A DNA stretch of 64,000 nucleotides from Bacteroidota bacterium (GCA_025354385.1 JANXMZ010000026.1:3400-67399), one strand, 5' to 3'. Positions 38,303-48,707 are shown, numbered from the stretch's first letter. Made by a program: numbers and translations. Notes: generated by a model not told the origin, from the sequence alone.

Positions 38303-40771
38303 TCAAAGTCTAACAACAGCTGCATCAGAACAAGTATAATCTTCGTTGTTAGGATTCAAATAAGTAGAATATGCGCTGCTTCTTTTAATACCGTTAAATT
38401 CAAAATTACTAATTCCAATGGAATAATTGCCAAGTAAATTAGTGTTATTTTTACAAGATGCTGCCACTGCCTGTTCGGCCACTATCAATGTTTTACTAAT
38501 TGAATTACTGCCATAACTATTCGTAGCTGTAAGGGTTATAGTATAAATACCAGTTTTATTGAAGAGCACTTCTGCTACCCGCGAAATACTATCCGTCTTA
38601 TTAGTATAAACATAACCACTGTTGGGTGTAATATTCCAAACTCTTGTATAAGAACCTCCGCCCGATAAATCATTTAATAAATAGTTTTTTGTACAGGTTT
38701 CCGATGAACTGCCAGCTATTGCAAAATCGGCAACAGGTGCAAATACCTGATAAGGGAATAAACTGCTTTGCCATATACCACGACCATAAGTACTCACGCG
38801 CATGCAACTTTTAGAAGTGCCATCGTTGAATACTTCCATGTCTGTAATGCCGGCTATTACAGGCAAATTTTTACTAATATTCACCCAGTTTTTCTTACCT
38901 TTATTTCTGTAAAATACACCAAAAGTATTAGCCACATATACACTAGAATCATTAGTTCTGTCATCTATCTGAAGACTGATAATATTCAATGCTGGCAAAT
39001 TACGGGTAAGGTCTAACCATGTTTTGCCCATGTTTTCACTTTTATACAATTTAGAACCAATGGTAATATAAATAACATTGGAATCCTTCGAATAAGTGCT
39101 CATCTGACTGATATAACCTCCCGGGGTAGTAATGATATTGAACACAGGTGTGGAAGAACTGACTTGATCCACCTTGTACAATACGCCATTATTTTTTGCC
39201 CAATATATAAAGTTATTCCCTGTTTTACTTCTTGCAACAACACTGGTACCAACGTTTCCGTAATGCAGTAAACTATCGCTTATTTTTTTCCATGTGACAT
39301 TCACCGAAGGATTGGCTCTTAAGTTTTTGGATATATACAAATGATTGGCACCCATCAACATGATGTTGGTATCTGTTTGGTGCATCTCATACACCCCATT
39401 AGCAACGCCATTAATACTGCTACTGCTAAAATTAGAGAGTTTGTATTTATTACCTCCGCCCTGAAAATATTGATAGTTGGAATCTAGGTGATCAAATAAA
39501 AACTCACCACCGTAATCGCCACCACGAATGGTATAAAAAATACCGTCTTTATAATAATTTAAGCCATTGTCTTGCAAACCACCAAGTAATTTCTCACGGT
39601 TCAATTTACTCTGACCCATTTTATAAAATTCCGATGCTGTCAATCCATCTGAAATGGTTTTCCATGTTTTACCAGTATCTTTAGAATAATCGATACCACC
39701 ATCGTGCGTTATAAATAATTTTTTGTTATTAAAAGGCGAAAACTGATAGTGGTGTTTATCGGCATGCACACCATATGCCCAGTGAGATTGCAATCGCCAG
39801 GTCTTTCCTGAATCGGCACTTTTCCATAAATTAATTGCGGCTAAATAAACATTGGCCGCATTTACAGGATCTACAGTAATACTTAAATTATACCCCCCCT
39901 GCCCATCATTGCTAGTGCCATCGCTACTGTATCCCAATATTTGGGGTTTATTGCTTTGAAGAGACCAATTGCGTCCAGCATTTTTACTTTTAAATACCCC
40001 TCCAAAAAACGTTTTAGTACCCCACGATTTGTTGCGCCAAGCGGTAACATACACCAAATTGGAATCCGCATTGGTTACACCAATCATAATACTGCTAAAA
40101 GTATCTGTTACACTTATTTTGGTTTGGGTCCATGTTTCACCAAAATTATCTGAATAATAAAAGGCTGTAAGGGATGTGGCGTAAAGGCCTGTGGAAGATT
40201 TAGGTTTCTTTACAAGGTCGTTATAATTATCGGAAATGCTGGATTTTTTAACCCATGTTGAACCTCCATTAATTGTTTTATATAAACCATTAATTGTTGA
40301 GGCTACAATCACATTGGTATCTGAGGGATTCATCACCATTTGAACTACCAATACATTACCCATACCCGTATTGCTTTGTTGCCAGGTTTTGCCATCGTCA
40401 TAACTTTTGTATACACCCAAACCACCTCCATAATAGTTCGCATCTCCTGTACCGAGGTACAATGTTTTAGGGTTTTTATGATTTACACAAACTGATGCAC
40501 AGGCTGTGTACGCCATGTTATCACACAATGGGGACCATGTTTTACCCTCATTGCTGCTTCGCCATAGACCACCGCTTGCAGATACAGCATAAAGTTTGTT
40601 TGAATCGGTGGGGTGAAAGGCCAAATGGCTGACACGACCCATACCTGTGGTTTGCACACTTGGGTTGGCCGGAAATTTTACCATGCCCAATTGAGTCCAA
40701 TTGTCACTCTGTGCGCTCAATATTTGAACACCGAGCAGAAGGCAGAAACTTAGTTTAATATTTAGATTCAA
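38303..40771 (-). CDS. N-terminal segment of the interrupted gene: signal peptide, BNR/Asp-box (sialidase/Sortilin-Vps10-like) beta-propeller(s), PKD domain, start of GEVED domain; ends at in-frame TGA
   Basis: Eight SxDxGxTW-type boxes (SNEGKTWSP, SYDDGKTWQQ, TINGGSTWVK, SDNFGETWTQ, SADSGKTWRL, SKDTGKTWKT, SENMGKTWLDL...). PKD-like segment ...GIYTITLTATNSYGSNSISKTLIV. The TGA stop is at 38303-38305. Confidence 0.75.
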   Translation of the reverse strand: MNLNIKLSFCLLLGVQILSAQSDNWTQLGMVKFPANPSVQTTGMGRVSHLAFHPTDSNKLYAVSASGGLWRSSNEGKTWSPLCDNMAYTACASVCVNHKNPKTLYLGTGDANYYGGGLGVYKSYDDGKTWQQSNTGMGNVLVVQMVMNPSDTNVIVASTINGLYKTINGGSTWVKKSSISDNYNDLVKKPKSSTGLYATSLTAFYYSDNFGETWTQTKISVTDTFSSIMIGVTNADSNLVYVTAWRNKSWGTKTFFGGVFKSKNAGRNWSLQSNKPQILGYSSDGTSNDGQGGYNLSITVDPVNAANVYLAAINLWKSADSGKTWRLQSHWAYGVHADKHHYQFSPFNNKKLFITHDGGIDYSKDTGKTWKTISDGLTASEFYKMGQSKLNREKLLGGLQDNGLNYYKDGIFYTIRGGDYGGEFLFDHLDSNYQYFQGGGNKYKLSNFSSSSINGVANGVYEMHQTDTNIMLMGANHLYISKNLRANPSVNVTWKKISDSLLHYGNVGTSVVARSKTGNNFIYWAKNNGVLYKVDQVSSSTPVFNIITTPGGYISQMSTYSKDSNVIYITIGSKLYKSENMGKTWLDLTRNLPALNIISLQIDDRTNDSSVYVANTFGVFYRNKGKKNWVNISKNLPVIAGITDMEVFNDGTSKSCMRVSTYGRGIWQSSLFPYQVFAPVADFAIAGSSSETCTKNYLLNDLSGGGSYTRVWNITPNSGYVYTNKTDSISRVAEVLFNKTGIYTITLTATNSYGSNSISKTLIVAEQAVAASCKNNTNLLGNYSIGISNFEFNGIKRSSAYSTYLNPNNEDYTCSDAAVVRL

Positions 40772-40777
40772 GGTATA

Positions 40778-41173
40778 TTATTCTCTTATAGATTGTATCA
40801 TTTTTTGAATTTCGTACGGCGTCATTACCTTGCCATCAGGCTTTATTAAATTCTTACTGGCTTCTTTCCAATGTAAAAATTGCTTGTATTGAAAAACATA
40901 ATCCCCATATTTCATTTGTTGGGTTGTATCATCGCCATAAATATCTTGACCCTCATTGTCTTCATCGCGCACTGGCTTTTCCTTGTCTTTCCAAAATAAA
41001 TCAAAAGCACTAATAGCTGCAAAATAATTAGTATTGGAATCCTTTATCATATCGACCCAATAGGCGTGGTTCATGGTATCTTTTTGGGCAGTTTTAAAGC
41101 GTTTTAAAGCCTTGTCATTTTTACTCATGCAAGCCATTAATCCAATACAAACAATTAAAAAAATACGAAACAT
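40778..41173 (-). CDS. hypothetical lipoprotein
   Basis: Lipobox GLMAC in MFRIFLIVCIGLMACMSK. No family recognised. Confidence 0.5.
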   Translation of the reverse strand: MFRIFLIVCIGLMACMSKNDKALKRFKTAQKDTMNHAYWVDMIKDSNTNYFAAISAFDLFWKDKEKPVRDEDNEGQDIYGDDTTQQMKYGDYVFQYKQFLHWKEASKNLIKPDGKVMTPYEIQKMIQSIRE

Positions 41174-41230
41174 ATAAAAAACAAAAGTAATGAATATTTA
41201 GCTTTTCAATTTTAACCTAAAAAACAGGGT

Positions 41231-42148
41231 TTAGTTTTTTTTAAATCGTTTGGCTCTTGGATGATAAAGCGCAATGGTTTCCTTTAAAAACTTACGGTCT
41301 AAATGGGTGTATATTTCTGTGGTAATAATACTCTCATGCCCTAACATTTGTTGCACCGCTCGAAGATCGGCACCGCCCTCCACAAGGCTGGTAGCAAAGG
41401 AATGGCGAAAGGTATGCGGACTAATATTTTTTTGAATACCAGCTTTGGTAGCCAATGTTTTAATGAGTTTAAAAACAGAAATACGGCTTAGGCCATTTCC
41501 AAAGTGATTGAGAAAAGTAGTATCCGAAAATTTCTTGTTCACTTTTAAATGTACCCTTGTTTCATGAATATATCGACTCAGTACTTTTAGTACAGATGGT
41601 GCTATGGGCACCAACCTCTCTTTGTTGCCCTTACCATGTACCTTAATAAATTCTTCTTCAAAATAAATTTCGGAAATATTAAGACCTATCAATTCACTTA
41701 CACGCAATCCACAACCATAAAGGGTTTCTATAATGGCTTGATCGCGGTGACCCATGGGTTTACTCAGATCAATTTGTTTTAAGATTGCTTCAATTTCTAA
41801 TTGACTTAATACCTCAGGTAATTTGCGGGCCAACTTGGGCAATTCCAAATTTTGTGTTGGGTCGTTCACCAAAACATCCTCTAACAATAAATATTTATAG
41901 AATGCCCTAAGTCCACTTATCATGCGTGCTTGACTGCTAGAAGCAACTCCTATTTTGGTTAATGAACTTACAAATTGCAACAAATGTTTGTATTCCACCT
42001 CAATTGGAGAAATGGACCATTCGTTGGAGGATAAGAAATTTTCGAATTTTAAAACATCATGTAGATAAGCCTCAATGCTATTACCCGTTAAGGACTTTTC
42101 CAGGATTAGGTATTGCTTAAATCCTTTACGAGCACTTTGCCAATCCAT
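41231..42148 (-). CDS. xerD: site-specific tyrosine recombinase XerD
   Basis: N-terminal SAM-like domain and catalytic region HTFRHSFATSLVEGGADLRAVQQMLGHESIITTEIYTHL. Confidence 0.9.
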   Translation of the reverse strand: MDWQSARKGFKQYLILEKSLTGNSIEAYLHDVLKFENFLSSNEWSISPIEVEYKHLLQFVSSLTKIGVASSSQARMISGLRAFYKYLLLEDVLVNDPTQNLELPKLARKLPEVLSQLEIEAILKQIDLSKPMGHRDQAIIETLYGCGLRVSELIGLNISEIYFEEEFIKVHGKGNKERLVPIAPSVLKVLSRYIHETRVHLKVNKKFSDTTFLNHFGNGLSRISVFKLIKTLATKAGIQKNISPHTFRHSFATSLVEGGADLRAVQQMLGHESIITTEIYTHLDRKFLKETIALYHPRAKRFKKN

Positions 42149-42152
42149 GTAA

Positions 42153-43013
42153 TTATTTTAAATCAATCTCTCTTACATTAATTACTTCATTGGTTACACT
42201 ATCTAGCACCACACAAATGGCATGGCAATTTTCTATCACATATTCTGCGGGCATTTCGTACTCATATTGTTTGACGTAGGTGCGACCCGGCACGGTAGTT
42301 TGGATAAGGGGATTACCCATGGTTAGACCGAAAGCATAGCGCAATGCATGGTTGTGAACATAATTTGGATTTATACCACTTTGGGTAGTTTGCGAACTAA
42401 CAATTTTATCTTCGATAATATAGATGGCATATTTATGATTAGCTCCTGCAAGCGCATTGGTATTGTACTGCAAGTTAATTTCAACTTTTAATTTTCTATT
42501 ATTGATTTCCTTTGTGATACCAATATTTACAGGTGTTTTTTCTTGTAAACGTATGTTAACGTAATTAATCCACTCGGTATAACTAATAACTGGATCAGAT
42601 TTGCCAATAAAAATTTTCCTATCAACGTACCCATTTGGTAATCCTTGTGGCAAGCCGAGTGTTTGAACAATATCCTTGGCAATATTGGATGCCAGTTGAG
42701 GAACACCTGCATAAGGATGCGTAAAGTTATCGAAAATAGTAATTGGATAAATAGCCATTACGACCACACTATCACTTGTTTTCTGAGCCACAATATCCTT
42801 TGCTTTTTGGGCAGCATCGGGACAATTAATGCACCTAACTCCTGTAATATCTTCTATTAACACAGCCTTATGCTGTGGAGCCGGAGCAGTTCCAATATAC
42901 GTAGAGTCTTTTAGTGGAATAATAGGGACTTTAAAATCAATTTCAGGAGGGGTTTCCTCACAACCGGACAATAACAAGGCGATTATGGCAGATAAAAACA
43001 CAAACTTCTTCAT
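42153..43013 (-). CDS. Omp28-related / thioredoxin-like outer-membrane lipoprotein
   Basis: Lipobox LLLSGC and VLIEDITGVRCINCPDAAQ. The family assignment is from memory only. Confidence 0.45.
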   Translation of the reverse strand: MKKFVFLSAIIALLLSGCEETPPEIDFKVPIIPLKDSTYIGTAPAPQHKAVLIEDITGVRCINCPDAAQKAKDIVAQKTSDSVVVMAIYPITIFDNFTHPYAGVPQLASNIAKDIVQTLGLPQGLPNGYVDRKIFIGKSDPVISYTEWINYVNIRLQEKTPVNIGITKEINNRKLKVEINLQYNTNALAGANHKYAIYIIEDKIVSSQTTQSGINPNYVHNHALRYAFGLTMGNPLIQTTVPGRTYVKQYEYEMPAEYVIENCHAICVVLDSVTNEVINVREIDLK

Positions 43014-43192
43014 AATACAAAAATACGCAAAAAATTATTCAAACGCCAAAATCACTTTTTTAAATCACCCTATCCATACCATCTAAATTTGGTAAGAAAA
43101 TAAGAAGCGCAATAAGGCCTGCAAAAATGAATATTATTTTGCATCTATTTATCTTAACCAACTGAACAAATTAATTCTAATTCTTGGCTTTA

Positions 43193-44155
43193 TTAAATGT
43201 TCTGCACGATGTAAAAATAAATCGGCATTCCAATCGTAATGTTTACTGGAAATGTAACAGCTAGTGCCATTGGTAAATATAAACCAGGATTTGATTTTGG
43301 AACGGATATTTTCATGGCTGCTGGGACTGCTATATACGAGGCGCTCGCTGCTAAAACAGCGAATACGAATCTGTTGGCGATATCTGGAGTAATATAGGAG
43401 CTTAGCCAAGCGATGATGCTACCATTGATTAATGGAATACAAATGGAAAACGCAAATGGAAACCATCCAAAAGAAAAGAAAGATTTTAATTTTCTCCCAC
43501 TCACGATGCCCATATCTAGCAAGAATATGGCTAAAAACCCTTTGAATAAGTCATTTGTAAATGGCTTAATACCCTCTGCCTGTTTTGCGTTTGCAAAAAA
43601 CCCAATTATCAAACTTCCCAGTATTAGCAATACACTACCGTTTGTAAATGAATGTCTCAAAACAGTTCTTTTCTTAATTACAGGCGAATCATCCTTGTTG
43701 TAAATGGAAATTAATATAAGTCCAGCTATTATAGCCGGAGACTCCATAAGTGCCATGATGGCCACCATATGACCGTGTAATGATAATTGTTGCGATTCGA
43801 GGAAGGCCACAGCTGTAACAAATGTAACTGCGCTTACCGATCCGTAGGCGGCCGCAATAGCACCTGAATCATAAATATTCATTTTCCTTTTCAGAATGAA
43901 AAATGTGTAAAGCGGGATTAATAAGGAAATTAAGATGCCAAAAATCATGGAAAATCCGATTGTATTGGTAAATGTTTCATGTGATAACTCCTGCCCGCCC
44001 TTAAATCCAATGGAGAATAATAAGTATAGAGAGATAAATTTTGAAGAATTTGCCGGAATTTCAAGGTCGCTTTTTAAATAAACTGCAACAATTCCAAGGA
44101 CAAAAAAAAGCAGGGCGGGGTTGGTTAGATTTTCTATTAATAAGTTGATGTTCAT
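43193..44155 (-). CDS. sodium-dependent bicarbonate transport (Sbt_1/PF05982-like) family permease
   Basis: 320-aa polytopic protein with N-terminus NLTNPALLFFVLGIVAVYLKSDLEIP...LFSIGFKGGQEL, typical of the family. Confidence 0.75.
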   Translation of the reverse strand: MNINLLIENLTNPALLFFVLGIVAVYLKSDLEIPANSSKFISLYLLFSIGFKGGQELSHETFTNTIGFSMIFGILISLLIPLYTFFILKRKMNIYDSGAIAAAYGSVSAVTFVTAVAFLESQQLSLHGHMVAIMALMESPAIIAGLILISIYNKDDSPVIKKRTVLRHSFTNGSVLLILGSLIIGFFANAKQAEGIKPFTNDLFKGFLAIFLLDMGIVSGRKLKSFFSFGWFPFAFSICIPLINGSIIAWLSSYITPDIANRFVFAVLAASASYIAVPAAMKISVPKSNPGLYLPMALAVTFPVNITIGMPIYFYIVQNI

Positions 44156-44482
44156 TATGGGTTCCTATTTTTTTATTGATTGGGTACTTTTTTTTAGATT
44201 AATTGACTGTTCTATCCATCAACTAATATATTGGTTTTTTGTTTGTATTCAAATTCAGAATTTAGCTGATTATGGGTGTTCCTTGTGGTTTCCAAATTGC
44301 TTTCAGAAAGTACTTTAACAAGGCCCAGCAGAGAAAATATAGCCACTGACTTTGCAAATTCACATATTAGAACATTATTTGAAACTAAAATTTCATTAAG
44401 AGAAATAACAAGGATAATTATTGTTATTAGAACTTTAACTCGAAAAATAAATAATAGCATTGGGTGTATAATTTTTTGAGGG

Positions 44483-44725
44483 TTAATGAAGATTAATGAT
44501 GGACTCAATCGAGATTTGTTTGCCTTCTGAATGGACCCATTTTCGAACATCTGAAAGTGAATTTTGTAAATGCTTGATTTTATTTTCGCGCATTTTTATA
44601 TCCTCTTCACTGCTACTTTTGTCTATCCGGTTTTCGTGAAATTTTATTTTTGCATTGATTATTTCCGTCAATAAATCTATTGATTCTAATCCCGAAAATT
44701 GACCTTTAATAAGTTGAATATTCAT
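44483..44725 (-). CDS. hypothetical small helical protein
   Basis: 80-aa ORF upstream of the permease and 16 nt downstream of icd. No family recognised. Confidence 0.35.
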   Translation of the reverse strand: MNIQLIKGQFSGLESIDLLTEIINAKIKFHENRIDKSSSEEDIKMRENKIKHLQNSLSDVRKWVHSEGKQISIESIINLH

Positions 44726-44740
44726 ATTTTTTCGTGTAAT

Positions 44741-46177
44741 TTATTGTCCTTGACCCAGCGAATAAGCAGATCTACCATCAAACTCATATAGGTTCTCTGT
44801 TTTAATGGTATCAATATTTTCGTCGAGTGCATTTTTCAACAGCTCAATAATTCTTACTTTGCTTACCTCCTTACCCTCAGTTGATTTGAATCGGCACCTC
44901 CAATGGTCTGTGCAAAACGTTTCCCTAAAACCCTCTGGCCAAACCTTTATTCCTCTATTGGTAATCATGGTAAGTTGAATGCCATTGTTCTCAATTCTTT
45001 TTATTTTCTCTGCGAGTTCATCTGGATTGCTGCCGCTCCAGTGAACAAAAATATCCACTCCCACCAGTTGTTTATGTGTAGCCGGTTTGCGTTTGTATTT
45101 AGGCAAGTTTAAAGCCGTATTTTTAGAATAAATTACTGGGTTGAGAATACTTGGCTTTTGCCCAAGATTTGTTATTACTGCAGCTGCGAATTCTTTTGTA
45201 CCAACTTTCTGTTTACTGATTCCTTCTTTAAAAATATCATAAGTATGAATACCATCTTCAATGGTTTTTAGCCATGCGTTTTGAACCCTTTCGGCAACAT
45301 CCATTTGCCCTATATGATTCAACATCATAATTGCACCTTGCAACAGGCCTGATGGGTTAGCCAAATTCTGACCCGCTCTTCGAGGTGCTGAACCATGTAT
45401 GGCCTCAAACATTGAGCACTCTTCTCCAATATTGGCGGAGCCTGCCAAACCCACAGAACCAGTAATTTGTGCAGCAACATCTGAAAGCACATCTCCATAT
45501 AAATTTGGCATCACAATTACATCAAAGGCTTCTGGCGTATCAGCCATTTTGGCGGCACCAATGTCGATTATCCAATGTTCGTTTTCTATATTAGGATATT
45601 CTTTTGCAATTTCGTCAAACACTTGATGAAATAATCCATCTGTTTGTTTCATAATGTTATCCTTTGTGAAACAAGTTACCTTTTTTCTGTTTTGTTGTTT
45701 GGCGTATTCAAAAGCATATCGCACTATTTTTTCGCACCCTGGGCGACTGATTAATTTCAAGCACTGAACTACTTCATCTGTTTGTTGATGTTCTATTCCG
45801 GCATACAAATCCTCCTCATTTTCTCTTACAATTACAATATCCATTACAGGATGCTTAGTACTAACAAAGGGATGCAAACTCATACACGGACGAACATTTG
45901 AATAAAGTCCAAGAAATTTTCGTGTTGTAACATTTAAACTTTTATACCCTCCACCTTGTGGTGTAGTGATTGGGGCTTTTAAGAAGACCTTATTATTCCT
46001 TATGGTTTCCCATGAGGATGCTGCAATTCCAGAAGTATTACCTGCCAGATAAACTTTCTCACCAACTTCTATTTCTTCAATTTCTAATTGTGCGCCAGCG
46101 GCCATTAAAATCTCAAGGGTGGCATCCATAATTTCAGGTCCAATACCGTCTCCTTTTGCTATCGTTATTTTCGTCAT
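44741..46177 (-). CDS. icd: isocitrate dehydrogenase (478-aa form with C-terminal extension)
   Basis: Isocitrate/isopropylmalate dehydrogenase motifs NLYGDVLSDVAAQITGSVGLAGSANIG and TIAKGDGIGPEI. Confidence 0.92.
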   Translation of the reverse strand: MTKITIAKGDGIGPEIMDATLEILMAAGAQLEIEEIEVGEKVYLAGNTSGIAASSWETIRNNKVFLKAPITTPQGGGYKSLNVTTRKFLGLYSNVRPCMSLHPFVSTKHPVMDIVIVRENEEDLYAGIEHQQTDEVVQCLKLISRPGCEKIVRYAFEYAKQQNRKKVTCFTKDNIMKQTDGLFHQVFDEIAKEYPNIENEHWIIDIGAAKMADTPEAFDVIVMPNLYGDVLSDVAAQITGSVGLAGSANIGEECSMFEAIHGSAPRRAGQNLANPSGLLQGAIMMLNHIGQMDVAERVQNAWLKTIEDGIHTYDIFKEGISKQKVGTKEFAAAVITNLGQKPSILNPVIYSKNTALNLPKYKRKPATHKQLVGVDIFVHWSGSNPDELAEKIKRIENNGIQLTMITNRGIKVWPEGFRETFCTDHWRCRFKSTEGKEVSKVRIIELLKNALDENIDTIKTENLYEFDGRSAYSLGQGQ

Positions 46178-46184
46178 ATTTAAA

Positions 46185-46418
46185 TTAATTGTTAGATGAG
46201 TTGTTTTTCATTTTCCATATTCCCTTTTTGGTTCTGGATAATTTATCCAAAGTGATATACAGCATAAATACTGCTATGATAATGATAGAAATTGTTGTCA
46301 ATTGTTCCAATATTTTGACTTCAAAACCACTGTCTACTGCATCTGATGGGGAGATAGAGCCAGCTATAATTAACGCCAATGTGAAGAGTGGAAATTTTAA
46401 ATTTTGAATCGTTTGCAT
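46185..46418 (-). CDS. hypothetical small membrane protein
   Basis: 77-aa ORF with two hydrophobic helices. Weak support. Confidence 0.3.
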   Translation of the reverse strand: MQTIQNLKFPLFTLALIIAGSISPSDAVDSGFEVKILEQLTTISIIIIAVFMLYITLDKLSRTKKGIWKMKNNSSNN

Positions 46419-46481
46419 TTGCTTATTTATTTAAATTATTTAGTTATTTTACAATCTGAGATTCGATAGAAACTGGTTCAT

Positions 46482-46691
46482 CTAATTTACTAACTTTTTA
46501 TAAATACCAAAAATTGTCGTAAGTGTCAACAGTAAAATTTGCTCATAGAAAGTTAATAAAAGTACTATTATCAAAATATCAAATCCGAATTCTATGATCT
46601 CATTATTATAATATTTACTGAGCTTAAGACTGAGCAACAAGACAAGTATCAGTGAGACTAAGAGTGTGGTTGCTTTTTTACTTTTTAACAT
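46482..46691 (-). CDS. hypothetical small membrane protein
   Basis: 69-aa ORF with two hydrophobic helices. Weak support. Confidence 0.3.
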   Translation of the reverse strand: MLKSKKATTLLVSLILVLLLSLKLSKYYNNEIIEFGFDILIIVLLLTFYEQILLLTLTTIFGIYKKLVN

Positions 46692-46775
46692 ATGATTTTT
46701 TTAATACGGCAAAACTAAAGTGAGCAATTCATATACTTTTATTTATATTTGTAATCTATTGCATTAATTATTTTT

Positions 46776-47699
46776 ATGAATTACACTTTAAATCAACTCC
46801 AAATTTTTCTAAAAATAGTGCAGACAGAGAGTATAACTAAAGCTTCGGAGGAATTACATCTAACACAGCCTGCAGTTTCTATTCAGCTTAAAAATTTTCA
46901 GAATCAATTTGAATTACCTCTCACGGAGGTTATTGGCAGAAAGATTTACATTACTGAATTCGGCAAAGAAATTGGAATTGCTGCTGAAAATATAATTAAC
47001 CAAGTGAATGCAATTAATTACAAAACAGGCGCGCACAAAGGACAACTTACAGGTCGCTTAAAAATTTCAGTTGTTTCTACAGGAAAATACATTATGCCGT
47101 TTTTCCTTTCTTCATTTATAAAAAAACATGAAGGAGTTGAATTAAAGATGGATGTTACGAATAAAAATAGAGTATTAGAAAGTTTAGAAAACAACGAAGT
47201 AGATTTCTCATTGGTTTCTATACTTCCCACTAAATTAAATATTGAAAAACTGGATTTGTTAAAAAATAAACTTTTCTTGGTAGGAAATATGAACAACAGT
47301 TCGAAAAAGCTCGCCTCTACGAAGGAAATTATAAATGAAAGGCCTTTGATTTTTAGAGAAAAAGGTTCTGGGACCCGTCAAGTAATGGAAAAATTCATTG
47401 AACGACACAAGGTTTCTGTCTCGAAAAAAATAGAGCTCACCTCTAATGAAGCTGTTAAACAAGCCATTCTTGCAGGATTAGGACATTCCATTATGCCTTT
47501 GATTGGTATCAAAAACGAACTTCAAAGCCATCAGTTAGAAATTATCCCTTTAAAAGGAACCCCCATTAAAACAACTTGGAGTTTAATTTGGATGAAGGGT
47601 AAAAAACATAGTCCAGTTGCACAAGAATTTCTGAAATACATGACCCATGAAAAATCTAAAATAATTTTAGAAAAATTTGATTGGTACGAGCAATATTAA
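46776..47699 (+). CDS. LysR-family transcriptional regulator
   Basis: HTH LNQLQIFLKIVQTESITKASEELHLTQPAVSIQLKNFQ plus a LysR substrate-binding domain. Confidence 0.92.
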   Translation: MNYTLNQLQIFLKIVQTESITKASEELHLTQPAVSIQLKNFQNQFELPLTEVIGRKIYITEFGKEIGIAAENIINQVNAINYKTGAHKGQLTGRLKISVVSTGKYIMPFFLSSFIKKHEGVELKMDVTNKNRVLESLENNEVDFSLVSILPTKLNIEKLDLLKNKLFLVGNMNNSSKKLASTKEIINERPLIFREKGSGTRQVMEKFIERHKVSVSKKIELTSNEAVKQAILAGLGHSIMPLIGIKNELQSHQLEIIPLKGTPIKTTWSLIWMKGKKHSPVAQEFLKYMTHEKSKIILEKFDWYEQY

Positions 47700-47835
47700 A
47701 TTATAAAAAATCATAAGCTTCCTTCATAGATTTTTGGATAGGAATTTGTTAAAGATTAGCTTTCTTTTAGCGCCAGCTTTATAAATTTTTCAGTAGACTA
47801 TCAGCAATACATGCACTTTTTTCCTACAAAAGATA

Positions 47836-48531
47836 TTACTTGACTGCTGAAATACCACCGTCTAAATGCAACACCTGCCCTGTCATCCAAGCTGATTGGT
47901 CGGAAACCAAAAAAGCCACCATATTAGCAATATCAATAGCCTCACCAATTTTTTTTAAAGGATGTCTTTGCTTATTTGATTCTATTTTTTCAGGCGTGTT
48001 TAATAAGGCAGCAGCTAAGGGTGTATCGGTTATAGAAGGTGCAATGCAATTCACTCTTATGTTTGGCGCTAACTCTGCCGCCAACGACTTGGTTAGGCCT
48101 TCTATTGCACCTTTGGAAGCACTTACCAAGCTATGAAAATTAAATCCCATTTGAACCGCAACAGTAGAAAATAAAACAATGGATGCTTTGCCAGAGGCTT
48201 TCAATTTTGGCAATACGGCCTGTATGGTTTTCACGGCTCCAATAACTTGCAATTGGTAATCGGTTATAAATTCTTCTGGTTTAATTCGCGCAAAAGGTTT
48301 TAATTGAATGGCGCCGGGGCAATAAACCAAGGCATCCAATGTTTCGGGTAAAAAATCCAAATCCATGGTATCTGAAAGCACTTCTAAGAAATGATAACTT
48401 ATGGATGGACTCAAATGCTCTGAGGTCTTGGAGTAAGTGCCGAATACATTATAATCTCCAGTTTCAAATAATTGTTCTGCACTTGCCTTGCCTATGCCTT
48501 TGGAAGCTCCTATCACCAAAACGTTTTTCAT
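47836..48531 (-). CDS. SDR-family oxidoreductase
   Basis: VLVIGASKGIGKA Rossmann motif and an SxxK region (VSASKGAIEGL); 231 aa. Confidence 0.88.
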   Translation of the reverse strand: MKNVLVIGASKGIGKASAEQLFETGDYNVFGTYSKTSEHLSPSISYHFLEVLSDTMDLDFLPETLDALVYCPGAIQLKPFARIKPEEFITDYQLQVIGAVKTIQAVLPKLKASGKASIVLFSTVAVQMGFNFHSLVSASKGAIEGLTKSLAAELAPNIRVNCIAPSITDTPLAAALLNTPEKIESNKQRHPLKKIGEAIDIANMVAFLVSDQSAWMTGQVLHLDGGISAVK

Positions 48532-48707
48532 AACTTAATCAACAAGTATTGGAATGCCTATGTTTATCTCACCTGTAAAAAAAATCACAACCCACTCTCT
48601 TGCATAGGCATAAATATTTTAAACCTGCATAGAATTCCTAAACGCCAATTTTCATGGCTGGTTAACTTATTCATCAAAAAATGAATCATTTTTGAATATG
48701 AAAAGTA

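Noticed and set aside
3102-38305. Possible TGA reassignment or readthrough (genetic code 4 or 25), because both broken genes are interrupted by in-frame TGA and one falls at a Trp position.
   Set aside because: All large conserved genes (groEL, metG, icd, pntB, gdh and others) are uninterrupted under standard TGA=stop, and their Trp residues are encoded by TGG. Three ORFs (4751..5188, 54918..55889, 59103..60128) terminate at TGA. The second stop in the WG gene is TAA. Ordinary nonsense mutations or sequencing errors explain the data better.
44212-44550. A 112-aa minus-strand ORF between the Sbt-family permease and the 80-aa ORF.
   Set aside because: It overlaps the 80-aa ORF, lies in very AT-rich spacer, and has an Ile/Leu/Asn-rich composition typical of random AT-rich ORFs.
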